Shown one piece after another: positions 29,823 through 43,784 of a DNA stretch of 64,000 nt. The notes beneath the pieces are model-generated. The model was given only the letters and a program-made list of their open reading frames with translations. It was not told where the DNA came from and made no database searches. Position numbers and translations under genes: made by a program. Source of the stretch: Eledone cirrhosa (taxonomy: Eukaryota); assembly GCA_964016885.1 (NCBI GenBank), contig OZ024759.1, forward strand, positions 32,860,001 to 32,924,000, read 5' to 3'. Each line of letters opens with the position of its first letter. The stretch's first letter is position 1.

Positions 29823-30132
29823 CCCATGTTGCAAACACACAAAGAACACAACTTTTTTGTTTCTCCTCTCTGTTATGTCTATTTCTTCCTCTCTCTGTCC
29901 TTCTATATCTCCGTCTCTCTATCTCTATGTCACCCCTCTCTCTCCGTCTCTCTCTTTCACCCCCTCTCTCTCCTCCTCTCTCTCTCTCTCAAAGGTTCAC
30001 GGGTTCTAATTCCATTCACTTGTTCTTGCTTTCGTTTTCAACGATCTTTTCTTTTAGTCTGCTCGCGAAATTACCTTGGAAGTGGCTAAGCATTCTTCAT
30101 AGCGTATCCTTATCCCTACCCCATACACATAC

Positions 30133-30168
30133 CTCTAACCCTAACCTTAATCCTAATTCTAACCCTTA
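30133..30168 (-). repeat. Degenerate telomere-like hexamers
   Basis: ctctaa ccctaa ccttaa tcctaa ttctaa ccctta, variants of (CCCTAA)n. Confidence 0.55.
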
Positions 30169-30201
30169 GCGTAATTCTCAGCAAGATCCAATGACAGACA
30201 C

Positions 30202-30232
<31 letters not shown>

Positions 30233-30289
30233 AGACCACCCCTTTGAATTACGGTTACATCTAATTTACCTCGATGGTGGAGACAGTGT

Positions 30290-30875
30290 AATGTGAAATA
30301 AAGTATCTTGCTCAAGGACACAACTCACCGTTAGGGATCAAACCGATGACGTTACGATTGTGATTCAAACACCGTGACCACTCTTCACTTTATTTTATCG
30401 ATCTTGTAAGGATGAAATACAAAGCTAACCTCGGCGGGATTTGAACTCAGAACGGAAAGGAACCTAACTCATCTTCAGCATCAGCATCAGCATCATTATG
30501 GATTGAAAGAATCGGAGGAGCGTCGGACACTCTGCTTTGCGACATGGACTTATGGCTCTTTACATTCTGAGTTCAGATGCTGCAGAGTTCAGATGGTGGT
30601 CGATAAACTAAAGTACCAGTAACACACTGGGGTATATTTAATCAAATTACCCAGCCCCAGCCTCACCCACGCCCACCAAATAAAAATTGCTGGCCTTGTG
30701 CCTAAATTAGAAACAATTATTATTATTATATTATTACGCAAAGAGTTACGTCCCTTTACAATCTGAGTTCCAATCCCGCTGAGGTTAACTTTGCCTTTCA
30801 TCCTTACGGAGTCGATAAAATAAAGTACCAGTAATGTACTCGGTATTTGCTGGCCTTGTGCCAAAAGTAGAAACA

Positions 30876-30920
<45 letters not shown>
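30290..30920. mobile_element. SINE cluster: type 2 (-) 30290-30382; type 1 (-) 30387-30470; type 1 (+) 30510-30730 and 30731-30920
   Basis: B-box gagttc(a/c)aatccc, gtcgataaaataaagtaccag and (ATT)n tails. Confidence 0.8.
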
Positions 30921-31033
30921 TACGCCACAAGACATTCAGCTTCGATCTATAAACAGAATATTGGCATGTAACAGATTGAATATTTTTATTATGTTTATAT
31001 TTATTTGCAAGCACATTGCTTTTGTGCTATAAT

Positions 31034-31108
<75 letters not shown>

Positions 31109-31489
31109 ATGTTTGTATGTGTGTATGTGTGTATGTGTGCATATGTAGAAATATGTGTGTATATATATATATATATATGTCTGTATGTATGGATATATGT
31201 CTATATGTATGTATATACGTCTATATGTATGTATATATATCTGTCTGTATGTATGTATGCATCTGTATGTATGTATATATGTCTGTAGGTATGAATATAT
31301 GTATATATGTATATATATATATATACGTCTGTATGCATGTATATATGCATGTATATATGTATATATATCTGTATGTATGTATGCATACATAATTATTTTC
31401 CCGGCGGCAGTCTTCTGTTGTTCAAGATGGTAAGGTGAAAAGAACTGAAATAAGTATTAAAAGTAATAACACTATATTTGATAAAAAAT

Positions 31490-31590
<101 letters not shown>

Positions 31591-31595
31591 ACCTA

Positions 31596-31629
<34 letters not shown>

Positions 31630-32088
31630 CACATATATATATATATACGCAGAGAAAGATATATTTATATAGATTGATAGGTAGATAGAAAAAAAGATAT
31701 GTCCACGAGATCCCTCGCAGCCAATAAAATAAACCTTCTTCTAAATGAAAGGTAAATTCAAAATGGCGGTGTCTTGTCTGTAGAGTAACCATAATGGCTG
31801 TTATCTTATTGCCTATATTTATTTTACGCTCTTTTCTTATATATTTCCTGCAGTTTCTTCTTGTTTATAGGGGGATGTGGTGTGGGGGACTTTGTTTTAC
31901 TTTCTTTTTCTTTATAAATTGTTTATGGGCAGTGTTGTTGTATTGTTGTTGTTGCTGTTGTATTGTTACTGTTGCTGTAGTTGTTTTCCTTGTTGTTGTT
32001 GCTGCTGTAGTAGTTGCAGTTGTTTTTCTTGTTGTAGTTGTTGTTGTTGTTGTTGTTATAATTGTTTATATTTACTGTTGTTGTAGTT

Positions 32089-32121
<33 letters not shown>

Positions 32122-32167
32122 TATGCTGTTGTTGTTGTTATTGTTTATATTTATTGTTGTTGCAGTT

Positions 32168-32207
<40 letters not shown>

Positions 32208-32251
32208 ATGCCGTTGTTGTTGTTATTGTTTATATTTATTGTTGTTGCAGC

Positions 32252-32283
<32 letters not shown>

Positions 32284-32740
32284 ATGCTGTTGTTGTTGTT
32301 GTTATTGTTGTTTAGCTTCAGGTCCATCCTGATTGAGAAGTCTTATGCATGATCAAATGCATTTCAAACGCTTCCATCGTCTTCTATAACAAATATAACA
32401 GAGTGGGTCTCGTCTCTTACGCGGTCAATTGTTTACCCACGACACTGACCTCTCTCCACCCTACCGGTGTTATTCAAAGATCGCATATGTTAAAGACCAT
32501 TCTATTAAAGTTTCTCGGCATAAGTCGAGATTTTATAGGGGACATGACCTTTCTATGGAGGTTGGGAAAACTCTGGAAAAGATTGATGAAGGCAAAGTAT
32601 AGAGTTCTCTCTCTCTTATATTAGATAGACAGATAGATAGACGGATGGAGAGAGGGACAGACACATACATACATATATACATACATAAACGCACATACAC
32701 AGCACATACATATATAGTACATATGTACATACATACGTAC

Positions 32741-32788
<48 letters not shown>

Positions 32789-33097
32789 CATACATACACA
32801 CGAATAGATACACATGCACACACATACATACATACACAAACATGCACACACATACGTACGTACATATATATATACATACATATACATACGTATATACATG
32901 AATATTCATACATATATACATTATATATACATACCTACATGCGTAAATACAAACATACATACATATATACATATATATATAGAATGGTGATATCTCATGG
33001 AAATGTTAAGAATTAAAGAACCAAATATACTTAGAATGACACAATAACATTCCATGGCACTAGATGTACATTGTTATATGGAATTGGAATGGTCTTA

Positions 33098-33225
33098 CGT
33101 CGGTTTCGACGATGTGTGTTCAAGTTCTATCAATGGAACATACTGTTTTGGAAATTAACATCTATTTGGCTGAGAGTTCCACAGCCACGTATACTTTTAA
33201 CGCAATTCTCAGGGAGATTATGTGG
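33098..33225 (-). mobile_element. Dispersed repeat, probable SINE 3' region
   Basis: Similar to 41456-41625 (+) and 54900-55050 (-): aatctccctgagaattrcgtt...gtggaa...ctcagcca...gttaatttc. Confidence 0.6.
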
Positions 33226-33239
33226 AATATATATATATA

Positions 33240-33846
33240 TGGTGGCTGCCAACTTGTTTTCGAGTACGGCCACTACTTTATATCCATGTAGGAGAACCCA
33301 TACCAATGCGCTGAACGAGTGTGACTTTTTAGTCCAGCCAGCGACTTGAAAACTCTGGCACAAACACTACACATGTGACAAATATTGACACATAGTGCTG
33401 GGCCCATGGTACCATGTGACGACAAGTGCAGAGAGATCTCCAGATATAAAGCAATGCCTGTGCCGTGAAGCTTTTATAGTGAGCAAAGGCACTGCACAAA
33501 GCCAGTCCCACTCTCTTAACCAAGATGATATTTACCAAAAAGAAGAACAAGTCAACATCATTGGATACCATCAGGGTTGCAGGTGTTATATCAGAGTTTT
33601 CCTTCTCCTAGAATTCTGCCTTGACAAACGCTTAGGGGTCATCTCTCCTGGTGATTTTGGATGGCCATTGACTCTTAAGAGCTCCTTTGCTTTGACAGGT
33701 TTTGTTTTTAGTCCTGCAGGATGTCCAAAGTCACCCTCCTCACCAAGAAACCTTGGTGGGGTTGCCAGTTTAGTCGCCAACGACCCGACCATGGCACAGG
33801 TTGTACTGGGATACATGTTACCAGTAGCACCAACTGGTGACCTGAC
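33240..33846 (-). mobile_element. Family B element (full length)
   Basis: Reverse-complement match to 24950-25553 with the same 5' end gtcaggtcacc; (TA)n flanks. Confidence 0.85.
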
Positions 33847-33899
<53 letters not shown>

Positions 33900-33980
33900 A
33901 ACACAATATACATATATATATATACATATATACAAACACAAACACTATATATATATATAGAGTGAGAGAGTGAGAAAGAG

Positions 33981-34051
<71 letters not shown>

Positions 34052-34595
34052 GCGGGAGTGAGAATGAGATAGATAACTAGCTAGTTAGATAGATAGAGAG
34101 AGAAACACAATATGACTTCCCACTGAATCAGTTCAAACGAGAGTTTAGTTCCTATTTTCTCTTCTATGGAAGTAATTTATTTGTAAGTAATGCTTTGTGG
34201 AACTCTCCAGTAAGATTGTAATGGAGATAGATTAACTGTCAGTGTGCTGGAGAAGAAGGAATGAGGTATGACTTGTAAGAAACATACTAGTCTCTTAAAT
34301 TGCTGCTTAGCTGAAGGCTACTGCCAACGTACATAGATTCAAATAGGTGAAATAGATTGAATAAAAAATAACTCAACAGCCTTTAGACAGAAGGGCTAGC
34401 GTCATAGATAGATAGATAGATAGATAGATAGGTAGGTAGGTAGGTAGGTAGGTAGGTAGGTAGGTAGGTAGGTAGGTAGGTAGATAGGTAGGTAGGTAGG
34501 TAGATAGATAGGTAGATAGATATATATCTTTCTTTATTTTATTTATTATTTTTTTATTTTTATTTAGATAGATAGATATATAGATATATAGATAC

Positions 34596-35455
34596 ATTTC
34601 TTTATTAGCAACAAGGGCACAAAAGAAGGGGACAAATACAAATGGGGAGTTTACATACAGGTATATGAAAATAAAACTATTAATAAAATAACAAATAACA
34701 ATTGATATCCCCAATAGGAGGGAGGTGTTACACAGGGGTTGTACACACCCCGAAAAAATGTACAACCCTCATCTCCAGGAGCACGAAGAGTGAGTACTCC
34801 CTTCCTCTCTTCCTCTTTTTCCTCAACCTACAGGCTTATATAGAGAGAAGGCCCAACCACTCGGGCCATCTTTGCCACATTCACCCATCTCGGACAGATC
34901 TTTTTCGAAGGGTCCCTACCCGGGCGCCCGTGTCTGTAGAGCTTGTCTCGAACTGGTAGAGCTCCTCGGCAGCACTGCCAGGCCAAGGACTTTTGGAAGT
35001 TGTCCATTGGTCCCGGGCTGAAGGTCCTACCGAACAGACTGGCCAGTTCATCCTCCTCTACGCCTAGAGTTTCTCTGAGCGCGTCGTCGCACTTGCTGCG
35101 GACCAACCCTCTATAGAATGTCGAAGTGGAGTCTCCACTGATCGCCGGGTCCGTTTGCCAGAGGACTGTGAGCGCCTGAGCACATTCGATGTGCCAGTCG
35201 CCCATTTTCCTCGGTCTTTGCTTGACCCAGGACTGCAGCTCGGTCAGCGAGACGAGTCGTGGGAAGGCTCGCCTCACGAACGGGGCCCACACCGGTTGTT
35301 TGGTGAGGAATACGTGGATGTGCCGCAGCCTGAGCGCGTGTTTGCGCATCGTCAGCCACGGCAACCCCAGCCCTCCGTTTGAAGGGTGTTGGCAGCAGAT
35401 GGATCTTCTCACCAAAGGAGCCCGCTTCTTCCAAATGAATTGGAAGAGTGCGCGC
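34596..35455 (-). mobile_element. 5'-truncated L1/Tx1-clade LINE 3' fragment inside (GATA)/(GGTA) repeats
   Basis: ORF 34828-35415: GGLGLP, GALPVRDKLYRHG, WVNVAKMARV; 3' UTR ends gcccttgttgctaataaagaaat. Confidence 0.88.
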
Positions 35456-35781
35456 TAGATAGGTAGAGAGATAGATAGGTAGGTAGGTAGATAGGTAGAT
35501 ATATAGATATATACGTAGACAGATAGATATATAGATAGATAGATACGTAGATACATAGATAGATAGATATGTAGATATATAGATAGAAAGGGAGAAAGTG
35601 GAAGAGAGAGAAGGAGGGACAGAAAGAAGAAGAAGAGAGAGAGAGAGAGAGGTAAATTGTGAAAAAACATTACATTATTGGGAAATGACTAAATTACATG
35701 ATGTTACACACACACACAAACACACACACACACACATATATATATATGAACGTATATATTATACGTATGTATATATGTAGG

Positions 35782-35805
<24 letters not shown>

Positions 35806-35814
<9 letters not shown>

Positions 35815-36234
35815 TTCCAAATATTAATAAATATAGACATTCATGTGATCAAATATATTTTATTATATATATTTCAGAGGTACTGTGCTGTTTCCTCAGT
35901 ACGTCCTCATCAGATAAAATAAATTGTTGTCTGACATACCTCAACTGTGCTGATGGTTCAATTCCATCTATGACTGCCAAGACTGGAATTGAACCATCAG
36001 CACAGTTGAGGTATGTCAGACAACAATTTATTTTACCTGATGAGGACGTACTGAGGAAACAGCACAGTACCTCTGAAATATATATAATAAAATATATTTG
36101 ATCACATGAATGTCTATATTTATTAATATTTGGAATTAATATTAATAACTCCAGAAAACTTTCTTGTTGAGTGCTTCTAATCCATTGTAAAACTATATTC
36201 ATTGATTAATCAATGAACCTTGTTTAACTTTTGG

Positions 36235-36236
<2 letters not shown>
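35806..36236 (+). mobile_element. Fold-back hammerhead element, family D (161-bp arms, 17-nt spacer, 92-nt tail)
   Basis: 35806-35966 is the reverse complement of 35984-36144, one mismatch seen; (TA)n flanks. Confidence 0.85.
36029..36094 (+). ncRNA. Type I hammerhead candidate (mirror copy 35856-35921 on minus strand)
   Basis: tatttta(c/t) CTGATGA gga-c-gtactg..cagtac-c-tct GAAA t atat ATA ataaaata; stem I is 8 bp in the minus-strand copy. Confidence 0.75.
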
Positions 36237-36270
<34 letters not shown>

Positions 36271-36354
36271 TATGTGTATATATATGTATATATATATATA
36301 CAGAGAGAGAGACATACATATTTATATATATATATATATATATAAATATTCCGC

Positions 36355-36417
<63 letters not shown>

Positions 36418-36617
36418 GTATTTGGATATATATATGTGTGTATATATATATATATATACTTACTAACGTAGGCGTCCATGTACATGTAGCATTCATATGT
36501 ACTGTACCAATAATATAATAAATTATTTTACATTTTCTTACAATTCCATACCACCATACCACCATACCACCATACCACCATACTACCACATCACCATAAC
36601 ACCATTCCCCACATGCG

Positions 36618-36657
<40 letters not shown>

Positions 36658-36679
36658 CATACATACATACACACACACA

Positions 36680-36750
<71 letters not shown>

Positions 36751-36753
36751 AAA

Positions 36754-36833
<80 letters not shown>

Positions 36834-37296
36834 TGTATACACACATGCTTTCATGTATATATGAACAAAAATTAAAAAGGTCGTCCATTAGAAAATACAC
36901 AACACACACTCTCCCCCCCTCTCTCCCACACACACTTTCTCTCACACACATATACATATATACATACATACACACACACATACATACTTACACACACATA
37001 TATATATATATACAGACACATAAATCCATACAGACATAGATGTATACATGTACAATTCTTCAATTCTTTTTAGCTTATCTCTAATTAGCAATTTCACCAC
37101 AGGGTTGTGATTATTAATCGATTCAAAGGTTCAACTTAAACTTTAATTTTACAAGGATTTCGCCATGGACACTTTTTCTTGACGTCTTCTGCCGACATTA
37201 CAGAGTAAACATTTGTTATTAATTAGGATATGGCTGATAATTTTGTGTGAGGGTGAATACAGCAAATATATAATAAATATACACAAATAGATGTTA

Positions 37297-37368
<72 letters not shown>

Positions 37369-37452
37369 GTGTGCATATATGTACATGAATATAAACACTC
37401 ATATGTATAGATATATAAGTATATTCATTTTATAATGATATATATATACACA

Positions 37453-37504
<52 letters not shown>

Positions 37505-38183
37505 TATATAGATATATATATATGTAAATACATAAATACATATATAAATAAATACATACATACACACATAAATACATACATATATAAATAAATAAATACA
37601 TACATACACACATAAATACATACATATATAAATAAATAAATACATACATACACACATAAATACATACATATATAAATAAATAAATACATACATACACACA
37701 TAAATACATACATATATAAATAAATACATACATAAATATATATGTTTATATATTTATATACACTTAAAACATACAACATGTACACATGCCTAAATAGATA
37801 CCTATATATATATATATATATATAAATTTGAGTATGTGTTGGTTAGTTACCGACAGTTTAGTATGCAGGGTATAGATATATATATATATATATATACGTA
37901 CTTATTTCAATCATGAACATATACACTCAGAAACTTTATACGAAACACCGGAGTGTGTTTTTATTTTCTAATATATTTCGCTAGTTAGCTGAGAACAGGA
38001 ATGTATCAATCATGGCCGGTTTTGTCATTGCATAGAAAATATTTTTATATCAAATATTAATGGCAGACATACACACAGAAACATTTATATATATATACGT
38101 ATACCTACCCCCTACTCTCCTGAGCGTGAATTTAATAAACATTTATCGTACTGTCTCTCTGTTCTGTCCCTGTTCAATTTTTC

Positions 38184-38226
<43 letters not shown>

Positions 38227-38229
38227 TAA

Positions 38230-38610
38230 GCCCAGTCATTTCTGGGAGGAGGGGAAAGTCGATTAAATCGACTCCACTGTGTTACTAGTACTTTATTTTA
38301 TCAATCTCGTAAGGATAAAAGGCAAAGGTAACCTCGGCGGGATTTGATCTCAGAGCGTAAAGTGCCGCATCTCAATGCCACGAAAACTGGTATTTGATGT
38401 TCTCCCGAAAAGATTATCAAACCAGAAGAACATATAAATATAATTGTTTCTACTTTAGGCACAAGGACAGCAATTACCCAGTACTTTATTTTATCGACCC
38501 CGTAAGGATGAAAAGCAAAGTCAACCTCGGCGGGATTTGAACTCAGACCGTAAAGGGACGTAACTATGCTAGAAAGCATGGCGTCCAACCCTCTACCGAT
38601 ACTGCCAAAT
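38230..38610 (-). mobile_element. Two SINE type 1 copies (38230-38362, 38440-38610)
   Basis: aacctcggcgggatttga(a/t)ctcag and gtactttattttatc blocks. Confidence 0.8.
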
Positions 38611-38616
38611 ATATAT

Positions 38617-38960
38617 AATATAATGAAAATTATTGTATACAGTGCTCAGGTACACTACAAATCATCAAAGATGCATGTATAGTACATATAATAATGTAGA
38701 AGGGAACACCGTGAGTCCTTATATACACACAGACACATGCGTACGTGTGTATGGAGGGGGATATCAGGTGTAGTGGTGGCGAACTTCAGGAAGCATGGAG
38801 GTTTTAGAGAATGCAGTGTTCTGACAGCTAACAACCGATGCAGGTAGTTTGTTCCATGCTTCAGCAACTCTGAACGAGAAAAAATGTTTCCGAAAGCCAT
38901 GGGAGGTGTGGTGTTTTTTTATATTTTGGAAACATGTCCACATATATTAGGCACACGTCC
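38617..38960 (-). mobile_element. CR1/L2-group LINE 3' end
   Basis: Alternate frame reads GFRKHFFSFRVAEAWNKLPASVV, the FS.RV...WN.LP C-terminal signature, followed by a 3' UTR. Confidence 0.8.
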
Positions 38961-39040
38961 GTAGGACGCGAGATAGATATATGTGGATATATTCATGTAT
39001 ATGCATGTGTCCGCATGCATCTGTGTGTTTCTCTATATAT

Positions 39041-39097
<57 letters not shown>

Positions 39098-39098
<1 letters not shown>

Positions 39099-39363
39099 AG
39101 CAAATTATAAACTTAAACATGTAAGTATGTTTTTGAAACGGTGCGCGAGGTTGAAATTAGAAATTAGAAATTATAAGCTTTCACCGTATTTTAGACTAAA
39201 GAAATGTCTAGCCTGATAGTGGGGTTTATAACCCTCGGAGAAATGGAAAAAGATGAGTGTACGGCAACACTCATCTTTTTCCATTTCTCCGAGGGTTATA
39301 AACCCCACTATCAGGCTAGACATTTCTTTAGTCTAAAATACGGTGAAAGCTTATAATTTCTAA

Positions 39364-39370
<7 letters not shown>
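39098..39370 (-). mobile_element. Fold-back element, family E (perfect 104-bp arms, 6-nt spacer, ~60-nt tail)
   Basis: 39157-39260 is the exact reverse complement of 39267-39370; (TA)n flanks; no intact HHR core found. Confidence 0.8.
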
Positions 39371-39405
<35 letters not shown>

Positions 39406-39912
39406 ATCTCTCTCTCTCTCTATATATATATATATACACGTCCATACATTCACCGCAGTGTGTAACAAGATTCGAAACAACAGCCGTTATATTTTGGCTC
39501 TCACGCAGGATAATAAAACGACATTTGAAAACTCCATGAGAAAGAAAGAACTTTTATCGAATATTCCAACCTTATCTTAGGTAATGTTAATTTTCTCGCT
39601 AATCTAATGAAAATCTTTAGAGAAGTGCAAATTATATAACTGCGTTCTATGTTGTGTTAAGTGCAGCACGTTTCGTTTTATATGTAATAATCACATTTCA
39701 CGTGCAGAAACCAAAGAAAAAAGTACAACAAAAAACACACACACAAAAAACGATATAAATAAAATACAGAAAATAAAAATTGCTATAGGTAAGACGGTTA
39801 TAATTCCTTCTATTCCTCCTTCTCTGACACTCTTTCTCTCTCATTCTCTTTCTTTTCTTCTCTCTCTATCTAACAACATATCTATCTATATGTATGTGTA
39901 TGCACACACACT

Positions 39913-39954
<42 letters not shown>

Positions 39955-40028
39955 ATTCTAAAGTATATCATTCCCTCAAAAAATATTTGCACGTTATAAA
40001 GTATACGCTGCTTGGTTCATTGATAGGC

Positions 40029-40099
<71 letters not shown>

Positions 40100-40302
40100 T
40101 AGATATGTTTCTTTATTAGCCACAGAGGTACAGATAGATAGATAGGTAGATAGATAGACATGTCGTTATATATATATATATAGTGTGTGCATATACATAT
40201 GTACATGTAAATATAGATAATTATTTGCTCAGATATGTATGTATGTATGCATGTATGTATATATACATATATACATATGACACCTATATATACATATATA
40301 AA

Positions 40303-40770
<468 letters not shown>

Positions 40771-40992
40771 CTTGTGTATGAATGTGTGTTTGTATATATA
40801 ATCCTTTATGAGGTATTATACAGACGTTATATCAATAGCAATTATGACATTCATCAGATAGACTTGATCACAAAGGACCTTCCAGAAACATAAAATACCA
40901 TCTTGTAATTGTTACTTCATATAAAGCCCTTTGTTTTAAAATCTACTTAATGGATGTTTTAGTCGTGGAACCTTAATGTAAACGAACAGTGA

Positions 40993-41105
40993 AGGCGAGT
41001 GGCTTTGTGGTTAGGGAGTTGTATTTACAATCATGAGGTTGTGAGTTTGATCCTCGTGCTGGCAATGCGTTATGTCCTTGGGCAAGACACTTTACTTCAT
41101 GATGC
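40993..41105 (+). mobile_element. SINE type 2
   Basis: A-box-like tggctttgtgg, B-box-like gagtttgatcc, gtccttgggcaagacacttt. Confidence 0.7.
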
Positions 41106-41225
41106 CTTTCTGTCATGAGTTGTGTCCGGTAGGGCCCAACTCATGGTATTAGCAGCTGGAAAGACCAATGAGAACATATATATATATATATATGTATATA
41201 TACATGTATATATATATATATATAT

Positions 41226-41278
41226 GAGCTTCCTGAAGATTTCATCTGAATGAAACAGTACTAGTCCTGTAGAAGCTC
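41226..41278 (+). ncRNA. Type I hammerhead ribozyme candidate
   Basis: gagcttc CTGAAGA tttcatctgaat GAAA cag tactagtc ctg TA gaagctc: perfect 7-bp stem I, stem III loop with ACTAGT palindrome, GUA site. Confidence 0.8.
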
Positions 41279-41362
41279 CTTCTATAAAATAAAAAAATTT
41301 ACTCTGCCATGTATTGAGTACCTTACTTACTGTGGTTATCCCCGACTCAACCCGGGACCTAC
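41226..41362 (+). mobile_element. Family C element without fold-back, starting exactly at HHR stem I
   Basis: Homologous to 185-320; (TA)n flanks. Confidence 0.8.
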
Positions 41363-41415
<53 letters not shown>

Positions 41416-41955
41416 CATATATATATATATACATGTATATATATATATATATATTGTGACACGTGAAATCTCCCTGAGAATTACGTTAAGGGTACATTTT
41501 TACATTTTTCATGCCTGTGGAATACTCAGCCACATCTTGCTTTGCTTTCACGTTAATTTCATAACCAGTCTATTCTTTTGACGACAGAACAACTGGCTTA
41601 CTCCTCGTTGAAACCAACGAAGGTCCATCGATCGCCACCAAATTCCAAAACCATATGTTAACTTAAAGAAATATCCAATTTTGTTTTCTATATTTAGTTA
41701 GAAGAATTTGCAAAGATTAAGTCCAGCGAAATACAAGACTAACAACATCTGGAATTCTGGAAATAGAAACCAAAAGTCTTTAGAAGAAGGAACGAGAGGA
41801 ATGAAAAATTTACAGACATTTCTCTTTTATCCTTTTGTTCTCCATTATAATTCTTTTCTGTGCTTTACTTTGTTGGTTCTCTCCAATATTCTGAGACTTA
41901 GCGAGATAGATAGATAGATAGATAGATAGAGAGATGGAGAGATGGAGAGATAGAG

Positions 41956-41990
<35 letters not shown>

Positions 41991-42572
41991 GCGATAGAGC
42001 GATAGAGAGATACATATACATAGAATTGTAGTATTGGAGAGGAGGGGATACATAGATAGATGGATAGAGAGAGAAAGAACGTGAGGGGGTATATAGAGAG
42101 AGCGAGAGATAGATAGAGAGTAAGAATGAAAGTGAAGGGGTAAAGAGAGAGAGAGAGAGAGAGAGAGTAAGAATGAAAGTGAAGGGGTAAAGAGAGAGAG
42201 AGAGAGAGAGAGAGATAAAGAGAGAGAGCAGAGGGGATAGAGAGAGTGAGACATATGTTACAATTATATCTCACCTGCAATACCTCCTTCCACCGCCTCC
42301 TCCTTCTTCCCCCCCCCTCCTCCTTATCATCATCATCATAAACATCATTTTCATTGCAGAGTCGGTAGAGCACCAGTCAACAGTGGTATAGACAAATAGC
42401 GACTATTTCTCAGAATAAACAAACTTCGATTTAAAGAATTTCAGATGACAATTTTCAAATTTTGATTGATTTGAAAGATATTTCATGTTCGATTATATTG
42501 ATTCGATAAGAGATTTTATTTTCCCAAGAATAATCTTAAATGATTTCTGATTTATTTTTAGTTTTATCGTCG

Positions 42573-43784
42573 ACACCACCACTAGCAGCAGCAGCAGCAC
42601 CACCACTAGCAGCAGCAGCAGCACCACCACCACCACCACCACTAGCAGCAGCAGCACCACCACCACTAGCAGCAGCAGCAGCACCACCACCACCACTAGC
42701 AGCAGCAGCAGCACCACCACCACCACTAGCAGCAGCAGCACCACCACCACCACCACTAGCAGCAGCAGCACCACCACCACCACCACTAGCAGCAGCAGCA
42801 CCACCACCACTAGCAGCAGCAGCAGCAGCACCACCACCACCACCACTAGCAGCAGCAGCAGGACAACCACCACCACTAGCAGCAGCAGCAGCAGCACCAC
42901 CAGCACCAGCACCACCACCACCATCAGCAGCAGGACGACCACTACACCACCAACATCACTACAGCAGCAGCACCACTACCACTACACCACTAGCAGCAAC
43001 AGCATCACCACCACCACCACTAGCAGCAGGACAACCACCACCACTAGCAGCAGCAGCAGCAGCTGCAGCACCACTAGCACCAGCACCACCAGCACCACCA
43101 CCACCACCATCAGCAGCAGGACGACCACTACACCACCACCACCACCACCACTACACCACCAACATCACTACAGCAGCAGCACCACTACCACTACACCACT
43201 AGCAGCAACAGCATCGCCACCGCCAACACCACTACACCACAAACATCAGTACATCAGCACCACTACTACACCACCGCCACCACCACTAAACCACCAACAT
43301 CACTACAGAAGCAGTACCATTACCACTACACCACCACCACCACCACCACTACACCACCAACATCACTACAGCAGCACCAGTACTACCACCACTACACCAC
43401 TACTACACCACCACCACCACACCACCAACATCACTACAGCAGCAGCAGCACCATTACCACTACACCACTAGCAGCAGCCACCACTACTACACCACCACCA
43501 ACACCACTACACCACCAACATCACTACAGCAGCTCCAGTACTACCACCACTACACCATCACCACCACCACTACACCACCAACATCACTACAGCAGCAGCA
43601 CCACCACCACTACACCACTAGCAGCAGCCACCACTACTACACCACCAACATCACTACAGCAGCAGCACCACCACCACTACACCACCACCACCACCACTAC
43701 ACCACCAACATCACTACAGCAGCAGCACCACCACCACCACCACCACTACACCACCAGCATCACTACAGCACCACCAGCAGCACC
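42573..43784. repeat. CCA/CAG/CTA trinucleotide mosaic leading into the satellite
   Basis: (CCA)n CTA (GCA)n blocks growing in complexity to the right. Confidence 0.9.

Noticed and set aside
37145-37200. CAGAAGA...GAAA...GTA on the minus strand
   Set aside because: Core mismatch and no convincing stems.
42540-43202. Pro/Ala-rich 220-aa ORF
   Set aside because: Product of the (CCA)/(GCA) mosaic contiguous with the satellite.
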